From Isurus oxyrinchus (taxonomy: Eukaryota), in NCBI GenBank assembly GCA_026770705.1, contig JANJGN010000121.1:930001-994000 (forward strand): a stretch of DNA of 64,000 nucleotides, read 5' to 3'. The notes under the pieces were generated by a model. That model was not told the origin of the DNA. It searched no databases and worked only from the letters and a program-made list of their open reading frames with translations. The translations under genes and the position numbers were made by a program. Within the stretch, counting starts at the first letter, position 1. Each line of letters begins with the position of its first letter. Below, in pieces: positions 63,048 through 64,000 of the stretch.

Positions 63048-63296
63048 TCAGTTATGCTCGAACCTGATCTGTGCGTATTCCGTCTCCTCTTCCCTGTGGA
63101 CAGACCCATCACCACTGGACATCCTCAAGACTTGGGGATTGGTGTAGAGAAACTCTTCAGGTTTGTCGGCGTTCCCATGTCCAACATCGCCTCCCACTGG
63201 ACCTTCAGAGAGACCCCGGGGAGCTGGGGTCTCCCCCTCGCTAGTTGTGTCTCTGGTTGTGTTCCGGGGCTCAGTAATCAGCACGTTCTGTTTACC
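63048..63296 (-). CDS. Gene E: terminal cytoplasmic exon, copy 1 (FLYTNP, TEYAQI)
   Basis: 249 bp, open, same acceptor; the upstream exons lie outside the window. Confidence 0.82.
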   Translation of the reverse strand, partial: GKQNVLITEPRNTTRDTTSEGETPAPRGLSEGPVGGDVGHGNADKPEEFLYTNPQVLRMSSGDGSVHREEETEYAQIRFEHN

Positions 63297-64000
63297 CTAC
63301 AGAGAAATGGAAACAGAAGACATCCTCACATCATTTACTGGCACTGATAGGGTTAAATTATTGTGCAGACTCGTTAATGTCAATCATGTCTCAGTGGGTT
63401 TAACCCTCTCCCTCGCTTGGCCTAAATAGCCAAGTGGTAATGTTACTGGGTTTGTAACCCCAAGATCAAGAGTTCAAATCTCACAATGGCAAGCTATGAA
63501 ACAATATAACCTCAACTGAAAAAGATCAAAACAAGTTTGTATTCAAAAGAGTTAACCTTCTCTCTCATGTCATATGAAAGATACCACCTATGGTAGGGCA
63601 GCACTCCCACAGTACTGACCCTCCGACAGTGCAGCACTCCCTCAGTACTGACCCTCTGACAGTGCAGCGCTCACTCAGTACTGACCCTCTGACAGTGCAG
63701 CACTCCCTCAGTACTGACACTCCGACAGTGCAACTCTCCCTCAGTACTGACCCTCTGACTGTGCAGCACTCCCTCAGTACTGACCCTCTGTCAGTCTTGC
63801 ACTCCCTCGGTAATGGCTCTGGTGAGTGACAGTTGGATTCTGCACTCAAGTGTCTGGTGTGAAGCTCATTAACATGCACCTTGTAATCAGAGAGAGGATG
63901 AGAGAGAGAGAAAGAGAGAGAGAGAGAAAGAAAGGGAGGTTGGGATAGAGAGAGAGACTGTCATGATGCGATTAATAAATATCATGTTATTGGAAATTAT

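Overview
Eukaryotic, repeat-rich vertebrate DNA. The repeat content (DeuSINE/SacSINE1-like SINEs, CR1-clade LINEs, Penelope relics) points to a cartilaginous fish; the taxon is inferred. The window has five N-gaps. It holds a cluster of five Siglec (CD22/MAG/CD33-like) Ig-receptor loci, which I assembled by hand from splice sites and reading phases; several key exons are absent from the ORF track. Gene A (+, 3' part, 658-7989) has three tandem near-identical 282-bp C2 exons, a TM exon with a 1-bp deletion, and a tail with ITIM LFYANI plus ITSM-like TEYAQI. Gene B (+, 20285-21437) is a divergent leader plus V-set exon cut by a Gypsy insertion. Gene C (-, 39192-34636) has a disrupted ectodomain but an intact activating-type TM exon (intramembrane Arg, short Tyr-free tail). 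Gene D (-, 55120-43172) has an intact leader-V-C2-C2-C2 ectodomain, a stop just before the TM, and a different tail with three YxN motifs. Gene E (-, 63296-60315) shows a duplicated tail module with a degenerate ITIM and a retained ITSM. The shared, homogenised ectodomain exons joined to four signalling ends suggest a paired activating/inhibitory Siglec-like system. The long ORFs in the track are minisatellite artefacts. All gene models are unvalidated predictions.
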